Assembly: GCA_965243025.1 (NCBI GenBank)
Contig: CBDETY010000003.1
Coordinates: forward strand, 64,001 to 128,000
Source: Candidatus Latescibacterota bacterium
GTDB taxonomy: Bacteria; Latescibacterota; UBA2968; UBA8231
Length of the DNA stretch: 64,000 nucleotides
Direction: 5' to 3'
The translations under genes were made by a program, and so were the position numbers. Positions 1 through 11,584 of the stretch are shown piece by piece (position 1 is the first letter of the stretch; the number at the start of each line of letters is the position of its first letter). Under the pieces are notes generated by a model. It did no database searches, was not told where the DNA came from, and saw nothing but the letters and a program-made list of their open reading frames with translations.

Positions 1-1
1 C

Positions 2-2464
2 TTCGGGATAGCGTTCGTCCTGTTCCTGCTTCCCACCACCGCCATGGGGATGACCCTTCCCGTCATGGTGAAGGGTTTGAACGAGTGGAGTCGCAGTTTC
101 TCCATGACGCTGGGAAAGCTGTATGGCTGGAACACGCTGGGTGCCATGAGCGGCGCGGTCCTGATCGAAGAAGCGCTGATCTCGCACCTCGGCATAAACG
201 AAAGCGCCCTGGCTGCCGCATCGCTCAACGCCGCCGCCGCGGTCATCGCCCTCGCAGTAGCGTACCTCGCGGCCGCACCCCGGTCTCCCGCTTCACCCGA
301 GGTCCCGCTCCTGCTGCCGCGTCGTTCCCGCAGGCTGGTCTGGGCCGCCGCCCTGTCGGGAGCGATCCTGCTGGCCCTGGAGGTCGTCTGGTTCCGGTTC
401 CTGCAGTTGTTCATCCTGTCGTCGACCCGCGGCTTCGCCGTGATGCTGGTGGTGGTGCTTCTCGGTATCGGCGCGGGGGGGTTGCTCAGCGCTTTGTGGC
501 TCCGCTTTCAACCGGCGGCCTACCGGTATTTCGGCCACCTCGCCCTGGGAGCCGGGCTTGTCACCGCGTGGTCCTACATCGCTTTCGAGGGGGTGCCGCA
601 GCAGTTCAGCGGCGCGAGGACGGGCGACCTCGCCCACATGCTCGCCCTGTCGCTGCGCCTCATGCTGCCCGTCTGCCTGGTCTCCGGAGTGCTGTTCACT
701 TTCCTGGCGCGCGGAGTCTTCGAGGACTGCCCGGAGGAGACGCGTTCCACGGGCTGGGTGACCTTGTTCAATACCCTGGGGGCCGCGGCCGGGGCGCTCC
801 TGGGCGGCTTCCTCCTTCTGCCCCGCCTGGGGATTGAACTCTCCTTCTTCCTGCTTGCCCTCTGCTATCCGGGAGCGGCCTTGCTCTCACCCCGGGACTG
901 GTACTGGCCGTCCCCCAGGAAAATCAGCCCCGCCTGGGCCGTACTCGCCCTGCTCTCCCTGCTGACGTTTGCGGCCTTCCCGTTCGGTCTGATGCGGGAC
1001 CATTTCATTCCCGCCACGGCGCGCCCTTACCTCGTGGAAGATTCCCGTATCGCCGCGGTGGAGGAAGGGTTGACCGAAACCATCATCTACGTGGAGCACA
1101 ACTACCGGGGCGTTCCCATCTCCTATCAGGTGATGACGAACAGCTACTCCATGACCGCCATCAACCTGGTGGCGGAGCGCTACATGAAACTCTTCGCCTA
1201 CTGGCCCCTGGCCTTTCATCCCCGGGTGGAGAAGGCGCTGCTGATCAGCTTCGGGGTGGGGAGCACGGCGGAGGCGCTCACAAGCGCCCGGGAGATCGAG
1301 CGGATCGACGTGGTGGACATCTCGAGGGACATGGTCGAATTCAGCGAGGTCGTCTTCGGGCCGGAGCGCCGATCGCCGGCAGCCGACCCGCGGGTGCGGG
1401 TTTTCATCGAGGATGGACGTTTCTATCTCCTGACGACCGGAGAGCAGTACGATCTCATCACCGCGGAACCGCCCCCCCTGATGATGGCCGGCGTGGTGAA
1501 TCTCTACACGCAGGAGTACTTCGATCTGCTCAAGCGGCGTCTCCGGGAGGGTGGTTATGTCACATACTGGTTGCCGGTATGGCAGCTCACAGCCGGCGAC
1601 GCACTATCGATCGTGAGGGGTTTCTGCAACGTGTTCGAGGATTGCTCGCTGTGGAACGGAGGAGCGATGAATCTGATGCTCGTCGGTTCGCGGGATGCAT
1701 CCACCGGGCTGAACCGCCGCGAGTTCTCCCGGCAGTGGCGCGACGAAAAAACCGCCGCCGACCTCGGGTTGCTGGGTTTCGAGAACCCCGAGCTCCTCCT
1801 GACCACCTTCGTGGCCGACGCCAACCAGCTGGGTCAGCTGGCCGGGGAGCTGCCGCCGCTGACAGACAATTACCCCCACCGCCTGGGCCGGGAGGTCGGA
1901 CGCGGCAACGGTTTCTTCGCCCGCCTTCTGGCACCCCGGGCCCTGGTCGAGCGCTACCGGGACAGCGACTACCTGGCGGAACTGCTGCCTCCGGAGTTGC
2001 GGGAAAGCGCGGGGGATCATTTCGCTTTCCAAACGCTTGCAGACCGCGCCCTGCTGAAATTCCCCAAGCCGCCCCCTCTCGACCTGCCCGCCCTGGACCG
2101 GGTTCTGACCGGTACGAACCTGCGCACCGTTGCTCTCTGGACCCTGGGAGACCCGCTGGAGACGAGCGGCGCCATCGAGCAGCTGGTGGAGAACGGCTCG
2201 ATTGACGGAAAGGTTCACTACCACCTCGGCCTTCGCCTGATGGCCGACAGGCGCTTTATCGAGGCCGAGGACCACTTCCGTCAATGGCAGCTGCTGGAAG
2301 GGAACAGACCGAACATGTACTACTTCCGCATTCTCTGCTTCGCCTACGCCGGAGATATGGAGAGGGCGCGCGAGCTCGTGGCCGAGCTGTCCCGGGCCGG
2401 CTCTCCGGAAGGGGATGAACAGTACTGGTCCTTCGTCGGCGAGCGCTTCGGGCTGGAGCGATAG
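2..2464 (+). CDS. Fused MFS-like membrane domain / spermidine synthase-like SAM-dependent transferase (5' truncated by window edge)
   Basis: Frame is open from base 2 (FGIAFVLFLLPTTAMGMTLP). Many TM helices precede the spermidine-synthase motifs LLISFGVGSTA, VVDISRDMV, EDGRFYL, YDLITAEPPP and NLYTQEYF. Confidence 0.85.
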   Translation, partial: FGIAFVLFLLPTTAMGMTLPVMVKGLNEWSRSFSMTLGKLYGWNTLGAMSGAVLIEEALISHLGINESALAAASLNAAAAVIALAVAYLAAAPRSPASPEVPLLLPRRSRRLVWAAALSGAILLALEVVWFRFLQLFILSSTRGFAVMLVVVLLGIGAGGLLSALWLRFQPAAYRYFGHLALGAGLVTAWSYIAFEGVPQQFSGARTGDLAHMLALSLRLMLPVCLVSGVLFTFLARGVFEDCPEETRSTGWVTLFNTLGAAAGALLGGFLLLPRLGIELSFFLLALCYPGAALLSPRDWYWPSPRKISPAWAVLALLSLLTFAAFPFGLMRDHFIPATARPYLVEDSRIAAVEEGLTETIIYVEHNYRGVPISYQVMTNSYSMTAINLVAERYMKLFAYWPLAFHPRVEKALLISFGVGSTAEALTSAREIERIDVVDISRDMVEFSEVVFGPERRSPAADPRVRVFIEDGRFYLLTTGEQYDLITAEPPPLMMAGVVNLYTQEYFDLLKRRLREGGYVTYWLPVWQLTAGDALSIVRGFCNVFEDCSLWNGGAMNLMLVGSRDASTGLNRREFSRQWRDEKTAADLGLLGFENPELLLTTFVADANQLGQLAGELPPLTDNYPHRLGREVGRGNGFFARLLAPRALVERYRDSDYLAELLPPELRESAGDHFAFQTLADRALLKFPKPPPLDLPALDRVLTGTNLRTVALWTLGDPLETSGAIEQLVENGSIDGKVHYHLGLRLMADRRFIEAEDHFRQWQLLEGNRPNMYYFRILCFAYAGDMERARELVAELSRAGSPEGDEQYWSFVGERFGLER

Positions 2465-2520
2465 TTTCAGTCCCGGTTGGAGACGGCGGCCGACCGGGCG
2501 GGCGAAGAGCCCCATATCAG

Positions 2521-2588
2521 CGGCTCCCGGCGTTGCCTTCCCCCCGCGGTCCCCGGAACCACTCGCCCAGGGCGCCTTGCGAGCCGGG
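2521..2588 (+). repeat. Degenerate copy of the intergenic MITE core hairpin
   Basis: cggctcccggcgttgccttc...actcgcccagggcgccttgcgagccggg aligns by eye with 43742-43813. It lies between convergent genes. Confidence 0.7.
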
Positions 2589-2625
2589 CGCCCCAGCGCC
2601 GGGGTTTCAAGTTATCCGTGGGACG

Positions 2626-3975
2626 TTACAGCTCGAGCACCGCCGGGGTGTCGCGGCCGCTCGCTCTCAGGCGGGGGCTGTCGTTGATGAGATCGGGGCT
2701 GTTGCGCAGACACAGCGCGTGCATCGGAACCGCTGCTTTTTCCGGCCAGTGGTACTCGACGTTCCGCAGGGACAGGCGCACGACGTTGTCCGCGACAACG
2801 GCGGCGCGCACGGCCCGGGTGTGCGGGTTGAAGTTGGATAGCTGCATGCTCCTGGCGGCCGGCACCGATTCCTCCGGATCCTCGATCTCGGGAACCCTGA
2901 CGATGACGGTGTCGAGGGTGACATCCCGTATGGTCGCCCCGTCCTGGGCCGTCATCACGATACGGCCGCGGCTTTCGCAGATGATGTCGCGGAAGATCAG
3001 GCCGCTCACTTTCCCCAGTTCCGCTCCGGGCCGCTTGAACTGCTGAATGTCGACGTAGATGGGGCGCTCGTTGGCCACCCCTTCATCGGGGAAGGTTTTG
3101 CCGGTGATGCCGCTGAAGAGAGCGCGCTCCACCTGTCCGGGAAACCACATCTCCACCTGAATCATGCGCAGGGACCGGTTGACGACACAGCCGCTGAAGA
3201 CCACGTCCCGTACAACGCCGGCCACGTCGGCGCCCAGGCCGAGAGCGGCGCAGTTGCTCGACAGCACGCAGTTGGCGACCGTCACCCGCTCGCAGACCGA
3301 GTCCTCGTTGGTCGCCTTGACGATGATCGCGTCGTCCCCGGTATCGACGTCGCAGTGGCTGATCCTGACGCCGCGGCAGCCGTTGACGCCGATGCCGTCG
3401 GTGTTCGGCCCGTAGCGGTTGCCGCGGATTCTGACCCCGTGCACCGATACGGTTTCGCAGTCGAACAGGTGCAACGCCCAACCCGGGGCCCGGCGAATGC
3501 CGATGTCGACGATCCTGAGATTGGTGCAGCCGGCCAGCTGCACGAGCGGGCTCGGGCGGCCGTCGGCGCCGCCGTTCACCTTGAACCTGAAAATGCCGTA
3601 AGGCCGGTCCTCTTCCCCCTCGCAGGGGATCCAGAATGCCGTGTCCTGTCCATCGATCACGCCGTCGCCGCTCAAGGTGACATTGTCGCAGCCCCGCGCC
3701 AGCAACAGGTGGAAAGGGGACTGGTCGACGTTGCGGGCGGCCCTCTCCGCCCGCGGGTAGTCATTCAGGTCGTGGTGGGCCTGAAGGACCGCCCCGCGCT
3801 CCAGATGGAGCTCGATGTTCGATCTCAGCGTGACCGTGGTCGTGATCCAGGTTCCGGGCCCGACGGTCACCCTGCCGCCGCCGCTTTCATGGACGGCGTC
3901 TACAGCCGCCTGCAGGCGTTCGGCCTGCTGGCGGCCTGGATTCAGCTTCCCATCGAATTCGATCCGTTCGTTCAT
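2626..3975 (-). CDS. Glycoside hydrolase family 28 / pectin-lyase-fold beta-helix protein
   Basis: LQAAVDAV..GGGRVTVGPG N-terminus and GPNTDGI...DTGDDAIIVK motifs. No signal peptide. Confidence 0.8.
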   Translation of the reverse strand: MNERIEFDGKLNPGRQQAERLQAAVDAVHESGGGRVTVGPGTWITTTVTLRSNIELHLERGAVLQAHHDLNDYPRAERAARNVDQSPFHLLLARGCDNVTLSGDGVIDGQDTAFWIPCEGEEDRPYGIFRFKVNGGADGRPSPLVQLAGCTNLRIVDIGIRRAPGWALHLFDCETVSVHGVRIRGNRYGPNTDGIGVNGCRGVRISHCDVDTGDDAIIVKATNEDSVCERVTVANCVLSSNCAALGLGADVAGVVRDVVFSGCVVNRSLRMIQVEMWFPGQVERALFSGITGKTFPDEGVANERPIYVDIQQFKRPGAELGKVSGLIFRDIICESRGRIVMTAQDGATIRDVTLDTVIVRVPEIEDPEESVPAARSMQLSNFNPHTRAVRAAVVADNVVRLSLRNVEYHWPEKAAVPMHALCLRNSPDLINDSPRLRASGRDTPAVLEL

Positions 3976-5015
3976 CCCGCCCTCTTTACCTCCGCAACAC
4001 CTTGTCCCTTTTCCGCTTCAGCCATGGCTTCGATGATCCTCAGGCCGGAGACGATCGATTCGGGCGTCGCGGTTTCATCGATCGACTCACCCCGGACGGC
4101 GGCTGCGAACTCCTCCCACTGATAGTCCCCGCTCATGCGGCCGACCTGCCCCCTCTCCACCACGGCGCGCCCGGCGTCCTGCGAGCCCATGACGAGCGCC
4201 AGGTCCGCGCCCGGCCTGCTGTTCCGCGCCGGATCGGCGTTTCGATACACCGTTCCCCTCTCGAAGTTGAGCACCATGCGCAGGCGGTGGTGATCGCCGT
4301 CCTCCACGCAGAAGGATGCATAGACGCTGGCCAGGGCGCCGCTCCTGAACAGAATGGACAGCTGGGCGTTGTCCGCGGTGGGTCGCGGGGTGAACACACG
4401 GCTCGAAAAAACGGACAGGCGCTCCGCTTCCCCGAACACCCGGACCAGGTCGTTGATGAGATAGATGCCGATCCTGAAGACGGGTGCCGCCGGGCATTTC
4501 CCGGGGTCGTCGTACCACCGGCCGTCGGGCGCTTCGCGGTAGCGGACCCACACCGACGCGCTGCAGCCCACCGGCTCTCCGAGGCGGTGGGTCTTCTGCC
4601 ACCGGCGGATCAGCTTGAAGTCCGGCGTCTCCACCGGCGATGGAGAGTTTAGATGGATGACGCGGCCGAGCTCCTTCGCTTTCCTCAGAACTGAAAGCCC
4701 GGCGCCGCAGTCCAGCTCCAACGGCTTTGTCGTCATGACGTCCTTGCCCGCCTCTACCGCCCTGTCCAGGAGCTCCGCTCTCCCGCCGGGCCCGGTGAAC
4801 AACCCGATCGCCGGGATGCCGCCATCGGCCAGCAGCCGATCCAGATCGGTGTAAAACGGCACCCGGAATTCATCGGCGCGCTGCCTCGCCTTGTCTTCGT
4901 CGATATCACAGACGGCAGCGAGCTTCACATGCCTTCCCGCTTCGCCACGGGCGATTTCGTGCGCGATATGGCGCCCGAAGTTCAACCCGACGATGGCTAT
5001 CGGGACGGGTTCCAT
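3972..5015 (-). CDS. Gfo/Idh/MocA family oxidoreductase
   Basis: Start re-called at MEPVPIAIVGLNFG. Rossmann N-terminus and AGKDVMTTKP (EKP variant). Its stop overlaps the GH28 start. Confidence 0.85.
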   Translation of the reverse strand: MEPVPIAIVGLNFGRHIAHEIARGEAGRHVKLAAVCDIDEDKARQRADEFRVPFYTDLDRLLADGGIPAIGLFTGPGGRAELLDRAVEAGKDVMTTKPLELDCGAGLSVLRKAKELGRVIHLNSPSPVETPDFKLIRRWQKTHRLGEPVGCSASVWVRYREAPDGRWYDDPGKCPAAPVFRIGIYLINDLVRVFGEAERLSVFSSRVFTPRPTADNAQLSILFRSGALASVYASFCVEDGDHHRLRMVLNFERGTVYRNADPARNSRPGADLALVMGSQDAGRAVVERGQVGRMSGDYQWEEFAAAVRGESIDETATPESIVSGLRIIEAMAEAEKGQGVAEVKRAG

Positions 5016-5177
5016 TGACGATATCCCTCGTTGTTCAATCTTTTTCCGCCGACCGTTTCGGGCCTCAATATAGAGGGCCTTCGGGTGGCATCCAGAAGCG
5101 CCCGGACCTGCCCGGCGGTGGCCAGGGGCGGTGCAGGCCTCGGGCCGAAAAGTGGGGATGAAGCGGGACGATCCGGA

Positions 5178-8100
5178 GCAGAGGAGACGCGGATGCGGGT
5201 GATTGAAAAATGGGACCTGGTCGAATACGTCGACCACGACTGGCCCGCCGAGGTGGTGTGGCGCGGCCTCGAGTCGATGCCCGGCGCGGACCATCTGGAG
5301 GTGGTCGACGAAAGCGGCAGGGCAACGGCGGCTCAGCTGCACCACTCCGAGCCGAAGGTCGCCTGGGTGACCGATCTGCCCGCGGGGGCGCGCAAATCCT
5401 TCGCTTTGCGCGAGGCTGCGGCGCCGCCGGACACTCCGCTTTCGCTGAAGATCTCCCCCGGCATCGCGGAGGTGACCAACGCTTCCTTCGGCCTGCGCCT
5501 GGGCTGGGAGGGAGCCGACCCGCAAGCGGGCCCGATAGTCGCGGTCCGCGGAGTCGACGGCATCTGGTTCGGGGGCTCCTCCTTCGCCGCGGACACGCCG
5601 GAGCCGCAAGGCCTGGGCTGCGAAGTCCTCGCCGGCGGTCCGGTGGTGGCGCGGCTGCGCCAGACCTTTGCGCTGGCCGGCGGCTCCACCCTCCGGCTGA
5701 CCTGGGAGGTCGACGCGGCCACCGCCGCGGTGCGCTGCTGGCAGGAGCAGCAGGGGGACGCCGGCGGAGCCGTGGTCTGGCACCTCGGCCGCGGCTTCGA
5801 GCCGACCCAGGCGTACTGGCGCCCGCACACCTCCTCCCGGGTGCCCATCCATCGCCAGCACGATTACCACCGGCATACCTACCCCATGCGCTATCCGTCG
5901 GAGCCCGAGCGCATGGAGCTGGGGTTGATGTACATGCACGGGTTCGACCGCAGCAACATCTGGGCGGGCTGGTACGCCGGAGGGGAGCGGCGGGACGTGC
6001 TGATGGTGGCGCCGATCCGCCCCTCCCGGACCCGGGTGGCCGCAGGAGAGCTGTGGACGCGGCACCCTTCAGGCGCCGGCTACACCCACGCCAACCGGCT
6101 GCGCTGGACGCAGCACTCGGCGGTTGAAGTCGACGGCGAGAAGCGCATCGACCTGGCGCTGCCCCTGCAGGAGGGGGTCAGGCCGTTCGCGCTGGCCATG
6201 CTCGACCGCGAAGGGGCCGACCTTTCCTGCGAGCCGGGGAGGAATCCCGCCAACGACATCGACCGTCTGTGCGCGCGGCTGATGGCGCTGGGTCTGAACG
6301 ACTACGCCCGGATGGATCTCGACTGGCCCGGCATCGAGGAGGCCCGTTTTCCCGGCATCTTCCTCGGCGCCGGCGAGCTGCCGGAGATCCGCAGGACGCT
6401 GGAGGAATGGGACTGGTTCAGGGAGACCTTCTTCGCCCATGTGGAGGACGAGTTCTTCAACAGTCTCGCCGCGGAGGACATGCTGCTGTCCAAGGGGCTG
6501 CCCCCGATCGGCCGCGATCTGGCGGGCGGATACCTGGCCACCGGCGACGAATCCTACGCCCTCCGCGCCAAGGAAGAGCTGGTTCCGCGCTTTGCCGGCC
6601 TGGTCGAACACATGCTCGGATACAGCATCGGCAACGAGCTGAATTTCGGCATGAGCCTGGGACAGTGGATCCCCCGCGACGCGCTCGCCCTCGATTTCAT
6701 TCTCGGCAGCGGGCAGTTCACCGCTCAGGAGCGCCTGGCCCTGCTGCGCAAGATGCTGTTCCTGGCCGAGACCGTCATCAGCGAGGACGCCTGGCCGCGC
6801 TACGAATCCGGCCTGGCCCTCAGCATGCGGAACTTCAACACCCACGTGATCTTCGGTCGCGCCGTCCTTGCGGGCCGCGCCGAGGGACATCCGAAACAGA
6901 AACAGTGGTTCGCCGCCATCCGCGATCAGATCGACTGGGTGCTGGAGAACGAGGTCGACGACGCCGGGACCGGGAACGAAGCGCTCACCTACCAGATCAT
7001 CGATTTCGGCTACTTCCTGCAATGCGCCCTGATCATGGGCACCGACGAGGCCAGGCCGTTCCTCGAGAAACCCCGGTTTCGAAAGGTCCTCGAGTACTGG
7101 ATCGACACCCTGACGCCGCCGGATCCGCGCAACAGGAACAAGCGCATGTACCCGCCGCTCGGGCATACGTCATCCGGATCGGACGGCTTCGCGCAGTCGG
7201 CCTTCCTCGCCCTGGCGGCAAAGGTGTACCGCCCCATCGACCGCGGCTTCAGCCTGCGCTGCATGCGCGCCTGGCGCGCCTGCGGGTCCTACATCATGAA
7301 CTGGCGCGACGCCGGGGCGCACGGCTGCACGGTCTGGGCCCAGCCCTTGTGTTTCATCGACCGCGAACTGCTCGAGGACGATCTCGAAGTCGAGGTCGCC
7401 GACTCGCGCATGTGCGGCGGGACCGGCGCCATGCTGCGCCACCGCCACGGGGACGGCAAGCGGACCGAAGGCTTCCTGATGTTCAAGACCGGAAGAAACC
7501 GGGGGCACTTCGACGGGGACGAGGGGAGCTTTCTGTGGTATGCGTACGGCACGCCGATGCTGATCGACTACATGACCGGGTACAGCCCGCTGATGTCCCA
7601 GCCCTGGATGAACAACCGCATATCCATCGACCACAGGCAGGACCGCCGCAATCCCGGGCGCTTCCTCGCCCACCGGTTTTCCCCGGAGATCGACTTTCTC
7701 TGCGCCGAACAGACCATCTCCGAGCTGCAGGAGGTCCCGGAATGGCCGCGGCGCTTTAGATACCAGGTGTTCGAATACGACCGCGCCCCGTGGGAGCAGG
7801 TGCCCGAACACCGCTGGCGCCGCCACCTGCTGTACCTGAAGCCCCTGGAGACCTTGGTGCTGCTCGACGACATCGCCGGCACCCTGCCCACCGACTGGAG
7901 CGTTCACGTGCTGGCCGACAACGTGCGGGCGACCGGGACCGGCGCCCGTTTCACAGGCCAGCTCGGGATCGACCTGGCCGTCGCTTTCGCCCGGCCGCAG
8001 GAGCCGGATCTGCTCACCAGCGGCTTTGCCCATCTCGGCAAATACGAACGTGGACAGATGGGGGAGTACAAGCGCACCTGGTACTGGTCCCGCGAAGACA

Positions 8101-11100
8101 TCGGCGAGGGGGACCTGTTTGCGCGCACCGGGGGGGAGCATGCGATGATTCTGCGCGCTCATGCGCAACCGGGCAGTCCCTTCCTCGCCATGCTCACCGC
8201 CCATCGCTCCGGCGGCCCGCCGCCGGAGATCGCGGTCAAACCGGACCACGACGGGTTCGAGCTGCAGACCGGCGCCGGCGAAGCCGACGTCAGCGTCGAC
8301 GGCGATTTCACGTCGTGGAAGGTCAGGCTGCGCACATCCTCCGGGGAGGTCCGACAGGAGCTGAGCATCCGATGACGCGGGGTGAGTCAGAGGCAGAGGA
8401 GACACGGATGCGGGTGATTGACGAATGGGACCTGGTCGAATACGTCGATCACGACTGGCCGGAGGAGGTGGTGTGGCACGACCTCGAGTCGATGCCCGGC
8501 GCGGCCCATCTGGAAGTGGTCGACGAAAGCGGCAGGACAACAGCGGCCCAGCTGCATGAATCCGAGCCGAAGGTCGCCTGGGTCACCGATCTGCCCGCGG
8601 GGGCGCGAAAATCCTTCGCCCTTCGCGAGGCGGCCGCGCCCCCGGACACCCCCCTTTCCCTGAAGATCTCGCCCGGCATCGCGGAGGTGACCAACGCCTC
8701 CTTCGGCCTGCGCCTGAGCTGGGAGGGAGCCGACCCGCAAGCCGGTCCGATCGTCGCCGTCCGCGGGGTCGACGGCATCTGGTTCGGCGGCTCCTCTTTC
8801 GCCGCGGACACGCCGGAGCCGCAAGGCCTGGGCTGCGAAGTCCTCGCCGGCGGTCCGGTGGTGGGGCGGCTGCGCCAGACCTTTGCGCTGGCCGGCGGCT
8901 CCACCCTCCGGCTGACCTGGGAAGTGGACGCCGCCGCCGCCGCGGTGCGCTGCTGGCAGGAGCAGGAAGGGGACGCCGGCGGGGCCGTGGTCTGGCACCT
9001 CGGGCGCGGCTTCGAGCCGACCCAGGCGTACTGGCGCCCGTCCCAGTCCCCGCGGGTGCCGATCTATCGCCAGTTCGACTACCACCGGCATACCTACCCC
9101 ATGCGCTATCCCGCCGAGCCCGAGCGCATGGAGCTGGGGCTCATGTACCAGCACGGGTTTGACCGCAGCAACATCTGGGCGGGCTGGTATGCCGGCGGCG
9201 AGCGGCGGGACGTGCTGATGGTGGCGCCCATCCGCCCCTCACAGACACGGGTGGCCGCGGGAGAGCTGTGGACGCGGCACCCTTCAGGCGCGGGCTACAC
9301 CCACGCCAACCGGCTGCGCTGGGCGCAGCACTCGGCCGCCGAGGTCGACGGCGAAAAGCGCATCGACCTGGCGCTGCCCCTGCAGGAGGGGGTCAGGCCG
9401 TTCGCGCTGGCCATGCTCGACCGCGAAGGGGACCTTTCCTGCGAGCCGGGGAGGAATCCGGCCAACGACATCGACCGCCTGTGCGCGCGGCTGATGGCGC
9501 TGGGTCTGAACGACTACGCCCGGATGGACCTCGACTGGCCCGGCATCGGGGAGGCTCGCTTTCCCGGCATCTTCCTCGGCGCCGGCGAGCTGCCGGAGAT
9601 CCGCAGGACGCTGGAGGAATGGGACTGGTTCAGGGAGGTCTTCTGCGCCCATGTCGAGGACGAGTTCTTCAACAGTCTCGCCGGAAACGACATGCTGCTG
9701 GCCAAGGGGCTGCCCCCGGTCGGCCGCGATCTGGCCGGCGCGTACCTGGCCACCGGGGACGAATCCTACGCGGCCCGCGCCAAAGAAGAGCTGGTTCCGC
9801 TCTTCGAGCCCCTGGTGGAGTGCATGCTGGGATACAGCATCGGCAACGAGCGGAACTTCGGCATCAGTCTGGCCCAGTCGATTCCCCGCGGCGCGCTCGC
9901 CCTCGATTTCATTCTCGGCAGCGGGCAGTTCACCGCCCGGGAGCGCCTGGCCCTGCTGCGCAAGATGCTGTTCCTGGCCGAGACCATCATGAGCGAGGAT
10001 ACCTGGCCGCGCTACGAATCGGGCCTGGCCCTCAGCATGCGGAACTTCAACACCCACGTGATTTTCGGGCGCGCCGTCCTGGCGGGCCGGGCCGAGGGCC
10101 ATCCCAGGCAGAAACAGTGGTTCGCCGCCATCCGCGATCAGATCGACTGGGTCCTGGAGAACGAAATCGACGACGCCGGGGCCGGGAACGAAGCGCTTAC
10201 CTACCAGATCATCGATTTCGGCTATTTCCTGCAGTGCGCCCTGATCATGGGCACCGACCAGGCCCGGCCGTTCCTCGAAAAGCCGCGGTTCCGCAAGGCC
10301 CTCGAGTACTGGATCGATATCCTGACGCCGCCGGATCCGCGCAACAGGAACAAACGCATGTACCCGCCCCTCGGGCATACGGCATCCGGTTCCTCCGGCG
10401 GTTTTTCCCAGTCCGCTTTCCTCGCCCTGGCGGCGAAGGTGTACCGCCCCATCGACCGCGACTTCAGCCTGCGCTGCATGCGCGCCTGGCGCGCCTGCGG
10501 CTCCTGTATCATCAACTGGCGCGACGCCGGGGCGCACGGCTGCACGGTCTGGGCCCAGCCCTTGTGTTTCATCGACCGCGATTTACTGGAGGACGATCGC
10601 GAAGTCGAGGTCGCCGACTCGCGCATGTGCGGCAAGACCGGGGCCATGCTCAGGCACCGCCACGGGGACGGGAAGCGGACGGAAGGGTTCCTGATGTTCA
10701 AGACCGGAAAGAACCGGGGGCACTTCGACGGGGACGAGGGCAGCTTCATCTGGTATGCGTACGGCACCCCGATGCTGATCGACTACATGACCGGGTACAG
10801 CCCGATGATGGACCAGCCCTGGATGAACAACCGCATCTCCATCGACCACAGGCAGGACCGCCGCAATCCCGGGCGCTTCCTCGCCCACCGGTTTTCACCG
10901 GAGATCGACTTTCTCTGCGCCGAACAGACCATCTCCGAGCTGCAGGAGTTCCCCGAATGGCCGCGGCGTTTTCGACACCAGCATTTCGAGTACGTCAGCG
11001 CCCCGTGGGAGCAGGTGCCCGAACACCGCTGGCGCCGCCACCTGCTGTACCTGAAACCCCTGGAGACCCTGGTGCTGCTCGACGACATCGCCGGCACCCT

Positions 11101-11584
11101 GCCCACCGACTGGAGCATCCAGGTTCTGGCCGACAACGTGCGGGCGACCGGGACCGGCGCCCGTTTCACAGGCCAGCTGGGGATCGACCTGGTCGCCGCC
11201 TTCGCCCGGCCGCAGGAGCCGGACCTGCTGACCAGCAGCTACGCGCATCTCGGCTCCTATGAACCGGGACAGATGGGGGAGTACAAGCGCACCTGGTACT
11301 GGTCCCGCGAAGACATCGGCGAGGGCGACCTGTTTGCGCGCACCGGAGGAGAGCACGCGATGATTCTGCGCGCCCATGCGCAACCGGGCAGGCCCTTCCT
11401 CGCCATGCTCGCGGCCCATCGCGCCGACCGCCCGCTGCCGGAGATCGCGGTCGGACCGGACCGCAACGGGTTCGAGCTGCGGACCGAGGCCGGCGAAGCC
11501 GAGGTCGGCGTCGACGGCGGCTACACCCGGTGGAAGGTCAGGCTGCGGACATCTTCAGGCGAGGTCCAACAGGAGCTGAGCATC
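5178..11584 (+). repeat. Direct tandem duplication of a ~3.2-kb gene unit including its RBS
   Basis: Start codons are 3215 bp apart, with colinear high identity throughout. Confidence 0.95.
5193..8375 (+). CDS. Large heparinase II/III-like (polysaccharide lyase-type) protein, copy A
   Basis: RBS gaggag at 5181 and ATG at 5193. GHFDGDEGSFLWYAYGTPMLIDY resembles the Hepar_II_III H-x-D-x-G-S-F motif. MRNFN and NEALTYQ lie in the helical region. No signal peptide. Confidence 0.65.
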   Translation: MRVIEKWDLVEYVDHDWPAEVVWRGLESMPGADHLEVVDESGRATAAQLHHSEPKVAWVTDLPAGARKSFALREAAAPPDTPLSLKISPGIAEVTNASFGLRLGWEGADPQAGPIVAVRGVDGIWFGGSSFAADTPEPQGLGCEVLAGGPVVARLRQTFALAGGSTLRLTWEVDAATAAVRCWQEQQGDAGGAVVWHLGRGFEPTQAYWRPHTSSRVPIHRQHDYHRHTYPMRYPSEPERMELGLMYMHGFDRSNIWAGWYAGGERRDVLMVAPIRPSRTRVAAGELWTRHPSGAGYTHANRLRWTQHSAVEVDGEKRIDLALPLQEGVRPFALAMLDREGADLSCEPGRNPANDIDRLCARLMALGLNDYARMDLDWPGIEEARFPGIFLGAGELPEIRRTLEEWDWFRETFFAHVEDEFFNSLAAEDMLLSKGLPPIGRDLAGGYLATGDESYALRAKEELVPRFAGLVEHMLGYSIGNELNFGMSLGQWIPRDALALDFILGSGQFTAQERLALLRKMLFLAETVISEDAWPRYESGLALSMRNFNTHVIFGRAVLAGRAEGHPKQKQWFAAIRDQIDWVLENEVDDAGTGNEALTYQIIDFGYFLQCALIMGTDEARPFLEKPRFRKVLEYWIDTLTPPDPRNRNKRMYPPLGHTSSGSDGFAQSAFLALAAKVYRPIDRGFSLRCMRAWRACGSYIMNWRDAGAHGCTVWAQPLCFIDRELLEDDLEVEVADSRMCGGTGAMLRHRHGDGKRTEGFLMFKTGRNRGHFDGDEGSFLWYAYGTPMLIDYMTGYSPLMSQPWMNNRISIDHRQDRRNPGRFLAHRFSPEIDFLCAEQTISELQEVPEWPRRFRYQVFEYDRAPWEQVPEHRWRRHLLYLKPLETLVLLDDIAGTLPTDWSVHVLADNVRATGTGARFTGQLGIDLAVAFARPQEPDLLTSGFAHLGKYERGQMGEYKRTWYWSREDIGEGDLFARTGGEHAMILRAHAQPGSPFLAMLTAHRSGGPPPEIAVKPDHDGFELQTGAGEADVSVDGDFTSWKVRLRTSSGEVRQELSIR

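Noticed and set aside
7790-8407. Long N-terminal extensions in the ORF track (also 3972-6065, 30054, 42370, 52840-54090, 53858-55144, 59952-61901)
   Set aside because: They overlap neighbouring real genes. Downstream starts with RBS or stop-start coupling and paralog alignment fit better.
5178-11584. Assembly artefact as the explanation for the 3.2-kb duplication
   Set aside because: The copies differ by many dispersed synonymous changes, small in-frame indels and distinct 3' ends, consistent with true paralogs.
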